DNA of 64,000 bases from Nitrososphaeria archaeon (lineage in GTDB: Archaea; Thermoproteota; Nitrososphaeria; JACIWG01). Positions 1 through 10,017 of the stretch are shown piece after piece. The stretch is taken from NCBI GenBank assembly GCA_029776065.1, contig JARVJP010000011.1, forward strand, positions 24,662-88,661, in the 5' to 3' direction. The position numbers and the translations under genes were made by a program. Position 1 is the stretch's first letter; each line of letters opens with the position of its first letter. The notes under the pieces are model-generated. The model was not told the DNA's origin. It searched no databases and saw only the letters and a program-made list of their open reading frames with translations.

Positions 1-1
1 T

Positions 2-853
2 CAAGCAGCGGTTGCTATAGAGAACGCTCAGCTAATACGAGAGTTAAATAATGCGACAAACCAAGTCAAAGAGTACGCTGATCTTTTGGAGCAAAAAGTT
101 GATCAAAGGACAAAGGAACTTATTGAGGCTCAAAATAAGCTTATCAAGTCTGAAAGGCTTGCTGCAATAGGAGAGGTGGCTGCTATGGTAGGCCACGATC
201 TGAGAAACCCATTGCAGGTGATCGTTTACACTCTATTCTTAGCAAATGAAATGTTCAAGAGGATTTCTCCTGAGGTGAGAAAGATCATGGAACAGCAAGG
301 AGTGATTGAGATGCTAGAAAGGATAGGGGAACAGGTAACATATATGAACAAGATCGTCTCCGATCTACAGGATTACGCCAAACCTCTTAAGCCTGAACTC
401 CTAGAAACGAGTCTTTCTCAAATCATCAACACAATACTAGCCACGATAACGGTGCCTGAAAAGATAAAGGTCAACATCGAAGTTGCTGAAGACTTCCCCA
501 AGATACCGATGGATAAGGCCATGATAAGAAGGGTGCTGACTAACTTGATTACGAACGCAATCCAAGCAATGCCGGATGGAGGTGAGCTTACAATTAAATC
601 TTCGATCGAGGGAGACATGGCTGTAATAAGTGTCAAAGACACAGGCGTAGGTATTGCGAAGGAGAATATCGACAAACTTTTTCAGCCTCTCTATACAACT
701 AAGTCAAAAGGACAGGGACTCGGTTTGGCTGTTAGTAAGCGTTTGATCGACGCCCACGAAGGCTCCATTGAAGTCGAAAGCGAAGTCAACAAAGGTTCTA
801 CATTCACGATAAAGTTGCCATTTAGAAAGTTAAAATACTCCCAGAACGATTAG
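2..853 (+). CDS. Sensor histidine kinase, C-terminal part (GAF end, HisKA, HATPase); 5' end lies outside the window
   Basis: Frame is open from position 2 (QAAVAIENAQL, a typical GAF exit). Has the H-box GHDLRNPL, N-box NLITNAIQA, and DTGVG / GQGLGL boxes. Confidence 0.95.
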   Translation, partial: QAAVAIENAQLIRELNNATNQVKEYADLLEQKVDQRTKELIEAQNKLIKSERLAAIGEVAAMVGHDLRNPLQVIVYTLFLANEMFKRISPEVRKIMEQQGVIEMLERIGEQVTYMNKIVSDLQDYAKPLKPELLETSLSQIINTILATITVPEKIKVNIEVAEDFPKIPMDKAMIRRVLTNLITNAIQAMPDGGELTIKSSIEGDMAVISVKDTGVGIAKENIDKLFQPLYTTKSKGQGLGLAVSKRLIDAHEGSIEVESEVNKGSTFTIKLPFRKLKYSQND

Positions 854-857
854 AATT

Positions 858-1337
858 GTGGTAAAAAAAGGAGGGACATATAAGTTGGCTTTAGAGAAGG
901 TAAGCATACTTGTCATAGACGATGACAAAGACATTCTAAAAAGTCTAAAGGACATCCTCAGGACAAAGGGTTACGAAGTGGATACCGCTGAGACTGCTCA
1001 GAAGGGGATTGAAAAGGCTAGGTCTAAGTTCTTTAACTTAGCTTTATTAGATATAAAGTTACCTGATATGGAAGGCACTGAACTTCTAGCTCAAATCCAC
1101 AAGGAGAAGCCTGGCATGATGAAGATTATGATCACAGGTTACCCATCCGTCGATAACGCTGTGAGAGCGTTGAACTACGGTGCTGACGCTTACATAATGA
1201 AGCCAGTTAATCCAGAGAACCTACTAAAAGTGGTTGAAGAGAAGTTGAAAGAACAAAGGGAAGCTGAAACTATGACGGAAGAAAAGATCGCGGAGTGGAT
1301 CGAGAACCGAATAAAGAAGCTAGAGCAGAGCAAGTAA
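858..1337 (+). CDS. Response regulator receiver protein with a short C-terminal helix
   Basis: ILVIDDD, LLDIKLP (phospho-Asp), ITG and MKP motifs; directly follows the kinase. Confidence 0.93.
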   Translation: MVKKGGTYKLALEKVSILVIDDDKDILKSLKDILRTKGYEVDTAETAQKGIEKARSKFFNLALLDIKLPDMEGTELLAQIHKEKPGMMKIMITGYPSVDNAVRALNYGADAYIMKPVNPENLLKVVEEKLKEQREAETMTEEKIAEWIENRIKKLEQSK

Positions 1338-1418
1338 CCCTCAATTGAAGACTATTTATTAGCTATTTTAAACACAGGAGAAACCTTAAATGGAGCTTGA
1401 TAGAGCTGTGGCTGTAAA

Positions 1419-1856
1419 ATGGTAAAGATCGTTCATCCAGAGTTCAGTTGGCGTTGTCTACTATGTGGGAAATGTTGCAGAGACCAACCGAATAGGAAGA
1501 GGCGGATACTTCTAACCGATTACGACTTAGAAAGAATTAAGAAATTAAAAGTTAAAACAGACTTCTTTAAAGACGTGGAGCCGATAGGTGCCTTCAAGTA
1601 CCAGATGTTACAGAAAGACGGTAAATGCGTCTTCTTGTCATTTGGGAGATGCATGATATATGAAGATCGCCCTCTCATTTGCAGGTTCTACCCTTTCGCG
1701 ATGATAAAGAACGACTTCTACACCTTCCATGTCGACCCTGACTGCCCCGGTGTTGGAAGAGGTAATAGAGTTAATAAGAGACTATTCATTGAACTGGTTG
1801 AAGAAGCTGAAAATGCGTTTTCTAACGATAATCTGATCAACGTTTTCTCTATGTGA
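1419..1856 (+). CDS. YkgJ-family cysteine cluster protein (putative Fe-S/Zn binding)
   Basis: CxxCGxCC, CVFL and CxIYEDRPLICRFYPF motifs. Confidence 0.88.
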   Translation: MVKIVHPEFSWRCLLCGKCCRDQPNRKRRILLTDYDLERIKKLKVKTDFFKDVEPIGAFKYQMLQKDGKCVFLSFGRCMIYEDRPLICRFYPFAMIKNDFYTFHVDPDCPGVGRGNRVNKRLFIELVEEAENAFSNDNLINVFSM

Positions 1857-1894
1857 CGTCTATTCCAAAAATAATATAGGAGGTTTCCTTTTTG

Positions 1895-3811
1895 CTAAGG
1901 AAGCTCTATCGTCGCAACCTCATTTAAGGTGTTTATGTTGTTGACCTTGACCATTCCATGGGAGACCGTGTACAGGTATTCTTCGATGTAGAGCGCCCTC
2001 TCCACAAAGTTCTGGCTGTAGTACACTTCTTTGCTGAATTCACCTTTTATATGGGTGATCCTACCCTTTAAGACTATCCCATTTTCAGCAGTGACGTTGA
2101 ATACGTAAACTCCTTGCCACATAGGTTCACCATACGCGTTTGATGGGACTTCTCCTTGATATTGTTCCTTGTTTACCTCGGCAACTAGAATTGGTATGAC
2201 CATTAACCCTGTAGATTCGTCGAAGAGTAGTGCTTTGTGGTCGTATAGTACTGGTGAGTCTGTTCCTCTGTCACCTATCTTAAACTTCGAAGTTTCAACA
2301 GGTGCACTTACGTTTCTGACATCAAACAAGGAAATCTTGACTCCTTGGTACCACGCGAAGTCACCTTCTTCAGCAGGTACTGTTTCTTTACCTATCCCTA
2401 TTATGTAATCTCTGCCGAGTGGGTGAAGGTAATCCGAGTATCCCGGTATCTTAAGCCATCCGAGTATCTTAGGGTCTGATGGCTCATTGACATCGATTAT
2501 GAAGAACGGATCCACCTTCTTAAAAGTAACCATGTAAGCTTTTTCACCAATGAACCTAACCGAGTATATTCTTTCACCAGGTGCTATATTTTCGATCTTT
2601 CCTACGGTTTTAAGCGTTTGGTCTAAAATATATAGGTTATTCATCTGCTCAGTGCTAGCTTGCCCTCTGAAAATAGGTTGGCCGACCGTTGTCGCGACCC
2701 TAAAGTATCCTTGGTACTCGTCCATAGAAAATTGGTTTAAAACGTGGCCAGGTACCGAACCCTCTGCTTCTAGCTTTATCTCTCCATTCTGAATCTTGAC
2801 TCTATAGATCAAGGTCTCTTCTGTAGCGATAATGGCCTGCTGGTATTCTTTGACATCGTACTTTGTTAGTGTTAAGTAGATGTTATTGAGTGAAACGTAG
2901 ATGTTGCTCGCTGCACCAGTTAATAGGGTCTTGTAGACTGGTGCTTGTTGGTCCTCTCGAATGTTCAAAGATAGTATTGTTGTAAAGGAATAAGACAGAT
3001 CTGCTGCTTCTGGATAAAAAACCTCAGTCGGGTCTACCTTGTTCCCATTATTGTCGACTCTGATTTCAGGTAGTACAACCTCCTCTTTGATAAGGTATGC
3101 TGGAAACGATGCTATAACGTAAACGTAGTCGTCTATCATCCTAGAGTTCAGATAGTAACCGTCGATTGTGATGTTCCTTGCGAGTTCTGGCTGAGCTCTG
3201 TTTTGTACATCGTAAACCTCAATGCTCATCTTCGACGCGTAATAGTAGTATTCGCCTTCCTTCTCTGTTACCATATAGTTGCTCCAAGTTGACAAAAAGA
3301 CTACAAGTCTATCTCCGTTTATGAATATGGCTGTTGGAACCCTGTTCTCCTCCCAAACTATCTTTGAAAGGATCTTCGCCTCCTCAGGTGGGTAAGCCTT
3401 GAGAATTATCACCTCACCCTTTCCAGTTGAATGATCCTGTCTTAGCATATATAAATATGTACCATCACTTTTTATGATATCTGCTTCGTCAACTCCAGCT
3501 ACTTGGACATTGGTCTTTGAATAGCTACGTGAAGACTCTGCTGCTTGGGTTGAAGTCGCTACAGTGGTGAACGTCCCCCCTTTAATCCCCGGAGGGAAGA
3601 TTAAATCTACCCCAAACCATCTAGACGCAGTTTGTGTGTTCGTTTTTATGTAATTCTTAAGTTCATCATATGATGAGAAGGTTTTGAGTTCTGTTTTTAC
3701 TTCTTGCTTTGGTGGTATCAAGTAAGGTGCCATTAAGGTTGCTAATATGGTCAATAGTAAGATGGATACCGCTGCAACTGCATATAGGTGTGCATATTCT
3801 ACCTTAGACAT
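1895..3811 (-). CDS. Membrane-anchored secreted beta-propeller domain protein
   Basis: N-terminal TM helix; family motifs YSKTNVQVAGVDEADIIKSDG, LNQFSMDEY, PGERIYSVRF, KIPGYSDYLHP. Confidence 0.88.
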   Translation of the reverse strand: MSKVEYAHLYAVAAVSILLLTILATLMAPYLIPPKQEVKTELKTFSSYDELKNYIKTNTQTASRWFGVDLIFPPGIKGGTFTTVATSTQAAESSRSYSKTNVQVAGVDEADIIKSDGTYLYMLRQDHSTGKGEVIILKAYPPEEAKILSKIVWEENRVPTAIFINGDRLVVFLSTWSNYMVTEKEGEYYYYASKMSIEVYDVQNRAQPELARNITIDGYYLNSRMIDDYVYVIASFPAYLIKEEVVLPEIRVDNNGNKVDPTEVFYPEAADLSYSFTTILSLNIREDQQAPVYKTLLTGAASNIYVSLNNIYLTLTKYDVKEYQQAIIATEETLIYRVKIQNGEIKLEAEGSVPGHVLNQFSMDEYQGYFRVATTVGQPIFRGQASTEQMNNLYILDQTLKTVGKIENIAPGERIYSVRFIGEKAYMVTFKKVDPFFIIDVNEPSDPKILGWLKIPGYSDYLHPLGRDYIIGIGKETVPAEEGDFAWYQGVKISLFDVRNVSAPVETSKFKIGDRGTDSPVLYDHKALLFDESTGLMVIPILVAEVNKEQYQGEVPSNAYGEPMWQGVYVFNVTAENGIVLKGRITHIKGEFSKEVYYSQNFVERALYIEEYLYTVSHGMVKVNNINTLNEVATIELP

Positions 3812-3840
3812 TGCTCATCGCCTAATACAGTGGGGACATC

Positions 3841-3896
3841 CTTATATTATTCCATTGTATAGAACATTCAGTTTACTGTTGTTCTATTTTTTGAAC
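3841..3896 (-). promoter_or_regulatory. TATA box plus putative operator TAGAAC-N15-GTTCTA-N4-TTGAAC in a divergent promoter
   Basis: TAGAAC 3860-3865, GTTCTA 3881-3886, TTGAAC 3891-3896; minus-strand TATA (TAATATAAG) at 3849-3841, 10 nt from the first site. Same geometry at 13583-13637. Confidence 0.7.
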
Positions 3897-3944
3897 AAGT
3901 GAATTTAGAGCAAAACTCTTTTAAGAAGTATCTGGACAATCTAC

Positions 3945-4409
3945 TTGAAACTATTGTCAAAGATCATCCTTCCAGATTCTACAGTAATAGAGTCCGAGCT
4001 GGCAGGTAAGACTTTACTCGTTTACCTGTACCTGTTAAAGAGTAGAGGAGGAACTGTTGGAGTCAGAGAGGTACAGAGGAAGCTTGGTTTCTCAAGCCCG
4101 AGTGTTGCGATATATCACCTCGATAAGTTGTCTACCCTCGGCTTAGTCGAGAAGACCGATCTAGGTGAGTATTACATAAAAAGAGAGGTCAAGGTGGGTG
4201 TTCTGAAGTTTTACACAAGACTTGGAAACCTTCTGTTGCCCCGCTATCTCTTCTACACCACCCTTTTCATGGCTATGCTTACCTACTATTTGATACTGTA
4301 TCAATCTGCTTGGACTACCAACAAGGTCATCGCCGTTCTATTTGGTGCTTTAGCATCTATAATATTCTTATACGAAACTATGAAGATCTGGAAGGAGAAA
4401 CCGTTCTAG
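3945..4409 (+). CDS. Membrane-tethered winged-HTH transcription regulator (LexA-like DNA-binding domain plus 2 TM helices)
   Basis: GVREVQRKLGFSSPSVAIYHLDKL wHTH followed by two hydrophobic helices; paralog of 13679..14113. Confidence 0.82.
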   Translation: MKLLSKIILPDSTVIESELAGKTLLVYLYLLKSRGGTVGVREVQRKLGFSSPSVAIYHLDKLSTLGLVEKTDLGEYYIKREVKVGVLKFYTRLGNLLLPRYLFYTTLFMAMLTYYLILYQSAWTTNKVIAVLFGALASIIFLYETMKIWKEKPF

Positions 4410-4437
4410 GGGTGTTCTAAAGTATGGAATTAATAAG
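4403..4437 (+). promoter_or_regulatory. GTTC-N7-GTTC site followed after 10 nt by a TATA box
   Basis: GTTC 4403-4406, GTTCTA 4414-4419, AAGTATGGAA, then TTAATAAG 4430-4437, upstream of 4456..4752. Confidence 0.55.
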
Positions 4438-4455
4438 CTACCTGTTAGAAAGTAA

Positions 4456-4752
4456 GTGAGCAAGATGAATAAACTAATCCTACCAATTTTTACTGCCTTG
4501 GTTCTAGCGACGGTTCTACTGGCTGTCCCACTATATTTTCTTGAAACCCAACCTGCTAGAAGCGTTGGGGGAGAAGGTCTGCCCTCTACCATACTAGATG
4601 AATCCAAAAGCCAGTTTGGTATACAGTCAGAAAGCACGCCAACTAGTGGCATAAGTAACTACTCAAGTATATTATACATGGTTGCCTTAAGCATGCTCAT
4701 CGCCATTACAGCTACTTCCTTGATCATTAGGGTTCAACGAAGGACTTTATAG
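4456..4752 (+). CDS. Small membrane protein (2 TM with a Ser/Thr-rich loop)
   Basis: Hydrophobic N- and C-terminal helices; own TATA box. Confidence 0.6.
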   Translation: MSKMNKLILPIFTALVLATVLLAVPLYFLETQPARSVGGEGLPSTILDESKSQFGIQSESTPTSGISNYSSILYMVALSMLIAITATSLIIRVQRRTL

Positions 4753-4806
4753 TAAACAGACATCAAAAACAATATATTGTCTCTAATTTAAGTTGAGATA
4801 GGTAAC

Positions 4807-5865
4807 ATGGTTGCTCACTTTTTTAGCTTTGGTTTAAAAGCAAATGGTGTGCGTAAAGAAAAAGTAGAATTGCTAAGGTACTTCGCCCCAGTTTTAGTAG
4901 GGATATTGGTAATAGTTGTCTTCTTCACATTAGTAAACCCTTATATAGAGTCTCTTCACTCAAGCTACACCAGTACTCCAACTAAAGCAACATATACAAC
5001 GTTTACTAATACGGATAATGTAACTACAACTATTCTAGTCGACCCGATCAGATCGGAACTGGTTTCCTATGCCTTGGAGGTGATAAACCATGATCGAGAA
5101 ACATTTGGTCTCGCATCAGTTGAATTAGGGGATAATATTGCTGCCCAAAAACATTCTGAAGATTTAGTAAGGCTCAGTGTTCTGAGCCATTGGGGAGCAG
5201 ATGGCATGAAACCTTATATGAGGTATAGTGTTTACGGGGGGAAGAACTATGTTCAAGAAAACGTTGGAGTTATGTTTCTAGTTGGAAAGGCTTCGCCACC
5301 ATCTGTTGAGGAAATGAAATCATACATTAGGGAACTGGAGCATGAGATGATCTACAACGATTCTGCTGCAAATTGGGGGCATAGAGATAACATTCTCGAC
5401 CCTGCTCATACGCATGTTAACATAGGAATTGATTATACTAATAACATGTTTGTTATGGTTCAAGACTTTGAAAACGTCTACATAAATTGGAATGTGTTCG
5501 AAGTAAACGATACACAAGTAACATTAGATGGAAGTCTCTTAAAAGATTTGGAAGCATATTTGTTTGTCGTGTTCTACGATCCGCTACCAGAACCTTTAAC
5601 GAGAGAGCAATTATTAGGTCCACCTTATAACAACGGATACTTCTTTGGTGAGAAGATAGGGGCTGTCTTAAATAAAGGGTATGAAGTAGATATTCCATAC
5701 GTTTACGCTACTAAATGGTATCAAAGTGGACTTGACTTTAGCATAGAATTTGATCTCTCACCTTTTGTTCAAAAGGATGGAGTTTACACGATCCTATTCG
5801 AAGTTATAGATGAAAAAGGTCAGATATACTATGCTACAGCATACTCAATATTCATCAAAAAATGA
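4807..5865 (+). CDS. CAP/SCP domain surface protein
   Basis: TM anchor and Thr-rich linker, then INHDR, AAQKHSEDL, SHWG, QENVG, GHRDNILDP and VQDF CAP motifs. Confidence 0.85.
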   Translation: MVAHFFSFGLKANGVRKEKVELLRYFAPVLVGILVIVVFFTLVNPYIESLHSSYTSTPTKATYTTFTNTDNVTTTILVDPIRSELVSYALEVINHDRETFGLASVELGDNIAAQKHSEDLVRLSVLSHWGADGMKPYMRYSVYGGKNYVQENVGVMFLVGKASPPSVEEMKSYIRELEHEMIYNDSAANWGHRDNILDPAHTHVNIGIDYTNNMFVMVQDFENVYINWNVFEVNDTQVTLDGSLLKDLEAYLFVVFYDPLPEPLTREQLLGPPYNNGYFFGEKIGAVLNKGYEVDIPYVYATKWYQSGLDFSIEFDLSPFVQKDGVYTILFEVIDEKGQIYYATAYSIFIKK

Positions 5866-5924
5866 CTAAAAGCTTTCCCAACCTCATATATATTAGCCGT
5901 ACATGAAGTTCTAAGTTAGATATA

Positions 5925-6695
5925 TTAAATATGATATATTATAAGCACTAGGAAACCAAGAAACCAGCAATAAAACGAAAACTTGTAGAAATCCCCTTTT
6001 AAAACTAACTTAGAGACCTTCCTTATTGAAGCATAACCTACTAAAGCAGATACAAGGAAACCTATTAAAACCATCTCAAAGGAGATTTCAGTAAGGTCTA
6101 ATTCTGAGACTTCTAGTACAGAGGCTCCAAGTATAGCAACAATTGAAAGCAGGAAGGAGAACCTGTAAGCCTGTTGTCTGTCCACACCTCTTAAAATAGC
6201 AGTAGATATTGTAGAACCACTTCTAGATACCCCGGGGAAGACTGATAGCACTTGTGCCACTCCTATGGTCAACGTGTTAGATAAACTAAGATTTCCTTTT
6301 GTAGTAGAATATTTTGTTAAGAAGAGTATGAAACCATTAACTAACAAGGCGATCGCTACCGCTATAGCATCAGAAAAAGCTCTTTCAATAAGGTCTTTAA
6401 ATGTTAGACCAACGGCTACGATTGGGAGGCTTCCAACTACAACGTAGACCGATAATCTTCTTTCTTCTATGCTATTAAATCCAAGTAAAGATTTGATCAT
6501 TAAAATAATGTCCCTCCGCATGAATAAGCCCACAGATAACAATGTTCCTATGTGTAGGACGACGTCAAAAGCAACTGGTACCTTTATCCCTAATCCTTCT
6601 TGTACAAGTACTAGATGCCCAGAGCTTGAAATTGGGAACCACTCTGTTAGACCTTGTACTATCGCTAAGAACACTATTTCAATAAGTTCTACCAT
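5925..6695 (-). CDS. uppP: Undecaprenyl-diphosphate phosphatase (BacA family)
   Basis: VQGLTEWFPISSSGH and PGVSRSGSTI signature motifs; multi-TM. Confidence 0.93.
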   Translation of the reverse strand: MVELIEIVFLAIVQGLTEWFPISSSGHLVLVQEGLGIKVPVAFDVVLHIGTLLSVGLFMRRDIILMIKSLLGFNSIEERRLSVYVVVGSLPIVAVGLTFKDLIERAFSDAIAVAIALLVNGFILFLTKYSTTKGNLSLSNTLTIGVAQVLSVFPGVSRSGSTISTAILRGVDRQQAYRFSFLLSIVAILGASVLEVSELDLTEISFEMVLIGFLVSALVGYASIRKVSKLVLKGDFYKFSFYCWFLGFLVLIIYHI

Positions 6696-6769
6696 TAATT
6701 AGATATAAACTCTCCATATTTATAAATCAGATATGAATTTGGTGTCGATCTTTGCTTTGGCCCTCTCCA

Positions 6770-7480
6770 CTAGAAGATTTCTAGGAGTTCATCAAGTTCC
6801 TTAATCTCGAAATCGGGTACTTCAAAATCGTTCATAGGATACATATGTAACATGATTCCTCTTCTGATCAACACTGTCCTCATACCCAGAGACTTAGCAG
6901 GTCCAATATCTGCGTCTATCCTATCGCCGACCATAGCTGCCTCTTGGGGCACACAGTTAGCTTGGTTCAATGCATACTGGTAGACCTTGATATCTGGTTT
7001 CTTAAGGCTTACTTCCTCTGAGAGGACTATGAGTTTGAAGAACTTCGTTAAACCTAGAGACTCGAGTTTCTGTCTTGTATCTTTTGGTTGGTTGGCTAAA
7101 ACTCCTAGGCTATATTTTTCTTTAAGCTTGTTTAAAACCCTGATCGCTTCAGGTACAGGCTCCATCATTTCTACATATTTACGTGCGTTCTCTTGATAGT
7201 AGTCTATGTTCCTTTGCAAGAGGATTGGGTCGTTCGAAAAACTTTTTACAAGCTCACTTACTATACCAGTATAACCGTATCCTGTAAACCGCCTGTTTGA
7301 AATGATCTCCTTCAACGCGGCATTAAACCTATCCCAGGTTATTCCTAGCCCGGCTTCCTCTATAGACTTAAATATGTGAGTGAAGAGATATTTGTTAAAG
7401 GAGCATTCATCACATAATGTTGAACCGATATCGAGAAATATCCACTTTAGCATCTGTACCCAAGGGTATAGTTTATGCAT
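6770..7480 (-). CDS. HAD-superfamily hydrolase
   Basis: FLDIGSTL, KKPD and MVGDRIDADI motifs. Confidence 0.88.
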   Translation of the reverse strand: MHKLYPWVQMLKWIFLDIGSTLCDECSFNKYLFTHIFKSIEEAGLGITWDRFNAALKEIISNRRFTGYGYTGIVSELVKSFSNDPILLQRNIDYYQENARKYVEMMEPVPEAIRVLNKLKEKYSLGVLANQPKDTRQKLESLGLTKFFKLIVLSEEVSLKKPDIKVYQYALNQANCVPQEAAMVGDRIDADIGPAKSLGMRTVLIRRGIMLHMYPMNDFEVPDFEIKELDELLEIF

Positions 7481-7703
7481 AATTTAACGATTAAGTTGCA
7501 ACGATTTTCAAAAAGTTTGCCTTAGAGTTCTAATAAGAGGGTCACCTTTAGGAAATCTCTTATAAATATGGTTCCTGTTTGAATGTTTTAAACGTGTGTA
7601 AATTTCGCACTTATCTAACTCTGAAAGGTATGGTTCGATAGATTAACCACCTAATATGCATCTGTTCTTAATTGTTAAATACGGTTTAAACAAACTAAAG
7701 CCT

Positions 7704-7943
7704 ATGAAGATCGGGGTCTGTGGAGTGGCTTGTGAGAAATGCCCTAGGATGGTGCGAGGGACATGCCCCAATGGTGAAATAGGTTGTACACCGAAGGAGA
7801 ACAAGTTCTGCAAGGTTTCAACTTGTGCTTTCCGTAAGGGTGTTGCGCTTTGCTTTGAATGCAACGACTTTCCATGCGAAATAACGAAGAGCGGGCCATT
7901 AGACTATGGCTACTGCACCTACATATCAGGGAAGAGTATCTAA
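7704..7943 (+). CDS. Small Cys-rich metal-binding protein (DUF3795-like)
   Basis: Probable start ATG 7704 (MKIGVCGVACEKC); CFECNDFPC motif. Confidence 0.72.
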   Translation: MKIGVCGVACEKCPRMVRGTCPNGEIGCTPKENKFCKVSTCAFRKGVALCFECNDFPCEITKSGPLDYGYCTYISGKSI

Positions 7944-7980
7944 GCCTAATGTGAATGAAAAGAGCTTCTCTAGAGTTAGG

Positions 7981-9120
7981 TCATCCACTCTGTTCTATTA
8001 CCTTCTTTATAAGATGTATTACCTTCTCAACATCCTCTTTGTTGTTGTAAATGTGGGGTGAGAAACGTAGAGCGCCAAACCTTTTTGAGATGATTATCTT
8101 CTCCTCTTTTAGTTCATTAAGCAAAGTGTCAGCGTCCAAGTTGTCGAATTTTGCGGTGACTATTCCTGCTCTTTGGTGGCGGTTAAAGGGGGTGAACAGA
8201 TTAGCTCCTAAGTTTTTTAACCCCTCCATCAACTCTTGGGTAATGCCTATGACATGGTTATTGATGTTATCCACTTCAAGATCTGAAATATACTTTAGTG
8301 ATCGCGTGAAGCCGTAGATGGCTGAATAGGGCATACCTCCATATTCAAATTTTCTGGCGGTTTTTTTAAAAGAAAGTTTCAAAGGCTCAAAGACCTCGTG
8401 ATCTTCCTTGCTTCTCCACCCAGCAAAGATCGGTTCAACGTCATGGTAGACTTCGTCCTTCATGTATAGGAACCCTGCTCCAAAAGGTCCGAGGAGCCAT
8501 TTATAAGCAGCTGTGACTAGAACATCGACATCCTCCACCTTCGCATCAAATGGAATCACACCTAAGGACTGTATGGCGTCAACGACTAAAAGTGCTCCAT
8601 GCTTATGCGCTAACTCAGCAACCTCTCTTAAATTGAATCTGAACCCACTACTGTATTCCACATGGCTTAATGTGATCACTTTAGTCTTATCGTCAACCAA
8701 CCTTTCCAAGTCCTCAATTGTAACGATGCCGTTTTTGTGCCGCGCAAACCTTACCTCCAACCTTTTCTCCTCGGCGACCTTTAACCAAGGGTATGTAACT
8801 GTTGGGAACTCTAGGTCGGTGGTGACAATATTACTCCCAGGAGTCATCTTTACTGCATGCGCAGTGAAGTTCAAACCCTCACTTGTGTTTGTTACAATAG
8901 CTATGTCATCGGATTTGCAGTTTATTAGATTAGAAACTTCATCTCTTGCTTCTTCCAAAACTTGATCTTCGAAGTTATCATTAATCGTCCCAGATATTTC
9001 ATAAGTTTCCTCGAAGCTTGAGATCGCCTTAATGACTTGAATAGGTTTAAGGGAGATCGCTGCTGTATTCATGTAAACGTATACCTTTGAAGGAGGGAAG
9101 TCCTCTTTTACTGGACGCAT
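7981..9120 (-). CDS. Class V PLP-dependent aminotransferase (cysteine desulfurase-like)
   Basis: NTSEG, VDAIQSLG, YKWLLGPFGAG and RFSPHIYN motifs. Confidence 0.9.
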   Translation of the reverse strand: MRPVKEDFPPSKVYVYMNTAAISLKPIQVIKAISSFEETYEISGTINDNFEDQVLEEARDEVSNLINCKSDDIAIVTNTSEGLNFTAHAVKMTPGSNIVTTDLEFPTVTYPWLKVAEEKRLEVRFARHKNGIVTIEDLERLVDDKTKVITLSHVEYSSGFRFNLREVAELAHKHGALLVVDAIQSLGVIPFDAKVEDVDVLVTAAYKWLLGPFGAGFLYMKDEVYHDVEPIFAGWRSKEDHEVFEPLKLSFKKTARKFEYGGMPYSAIYGFTRSLKYISDLEVDNINNHVIGITQELMEGLKNLGANLFTPFNRHQRAGIVTAKFDNLDADTLLNELKEEKIIISKRFGALRFSPHIYNNKEDVEKVIHLIKKVIEQSG

Positions 9121-9399
9121 GTCTGATTGTGGATGTGAGGTACTAAAAAAGCTTATATTGAATAGACCTATTCTAAGGCAATAAGAATCTATGTGCTATA
9201 TATTGGTTTGATTCTTAAATCTTTTAGTCGGCTTAACATCATTTAAATGGTGTTTGTCAAGTTTCTTTGGTGGCGGTTCCCCTTCCAATTGGTAACTATG
9301 ATGTAATATAAAGCGATTGGTATCGCTCTCTTAAAACATATTAATTTTCGATGGCAAAAGCAGTAAGCTTAAATTAATCTAAGGAAAAATTGGCAACGG

Positions 9400-9918
9400 A
9401 TGCGTCCTGCTAAGAATCAGTTACTTATGGTAGTGGTTATAGCGTTTATGATTGTTGTAGCATACGAGTTGGCCAACTCGACCTTGGCAGTTAGAATTGA
9501 ACCAACAACTTCGACGAAGACTTCGTTGATCGAATACTCGACCCCTCCTAAAATAATTGTAACCTATCAAAATAGGAGCTATTACGGTGCGCAACATACT
9601 TACATGTGGAAGATGAGGTGTGAAGACTATGGTCCAATCTTCGGGAGGCCGGATCTAGAGTATTTAACTACAATAAGGATTGTAAATTGCTCTGAACTTA
9701 CGATTGGAATAAAAGGGTTTCGTGAACCTGAAAAATATCACTTGGTGTTTTATAGTACTGACAAAAGCGAGTACATCTTTAAAGAGGGGGTTCAACAGAA
9801 TGTAAGGATACAACTTAATCAAAAATCTTACTATCTTGTAATAATAGCTGATTGGTGGCCTCCTAACGATCCAGGAGAAACGTCGAACATCTTCAAGATT
9901 GAGTTAATTACATCTTGA
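9400..9918 (+). CDS. Hypothetical secreted or membrane-anchored protein
   Basis: 172-aa ORF with an N-terminal hydrophobic segment and an upstream TATA-like box. Confidence 0.6.
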   Translation: MRPAKNQLLMVVVIAFMIVVAYELANSTLAVRIEPTTSTKTSLIEYSTPPKIIVTYQNRSYYGAQHTYMWKMRCEDYGPIFGRPDLEYLTTIRIVNCSELTIGIKGFREPEKYHLVFYSTDKSEYIFKEGVQQNVRIQLNQKSYYLVIIADWWPPNDPGETSNIFKIELITS

Positions 9919-10017
9919 TGTGTGCGTTAATGGGATGTTCAAATAATTCATGTGTTTAATGCCATGTTCATATAAGATTGACTACGCACACCTCTTTTCC
10001 AAAATAGTTGATCCGAG

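Noticed and set aside
5908-5930. Additional GTTCTA-N10-TATA-like match
   Set aside because: It lies at convergent gene ends with no downstream gene in that orientation; likely chance in AT-rich DNA.
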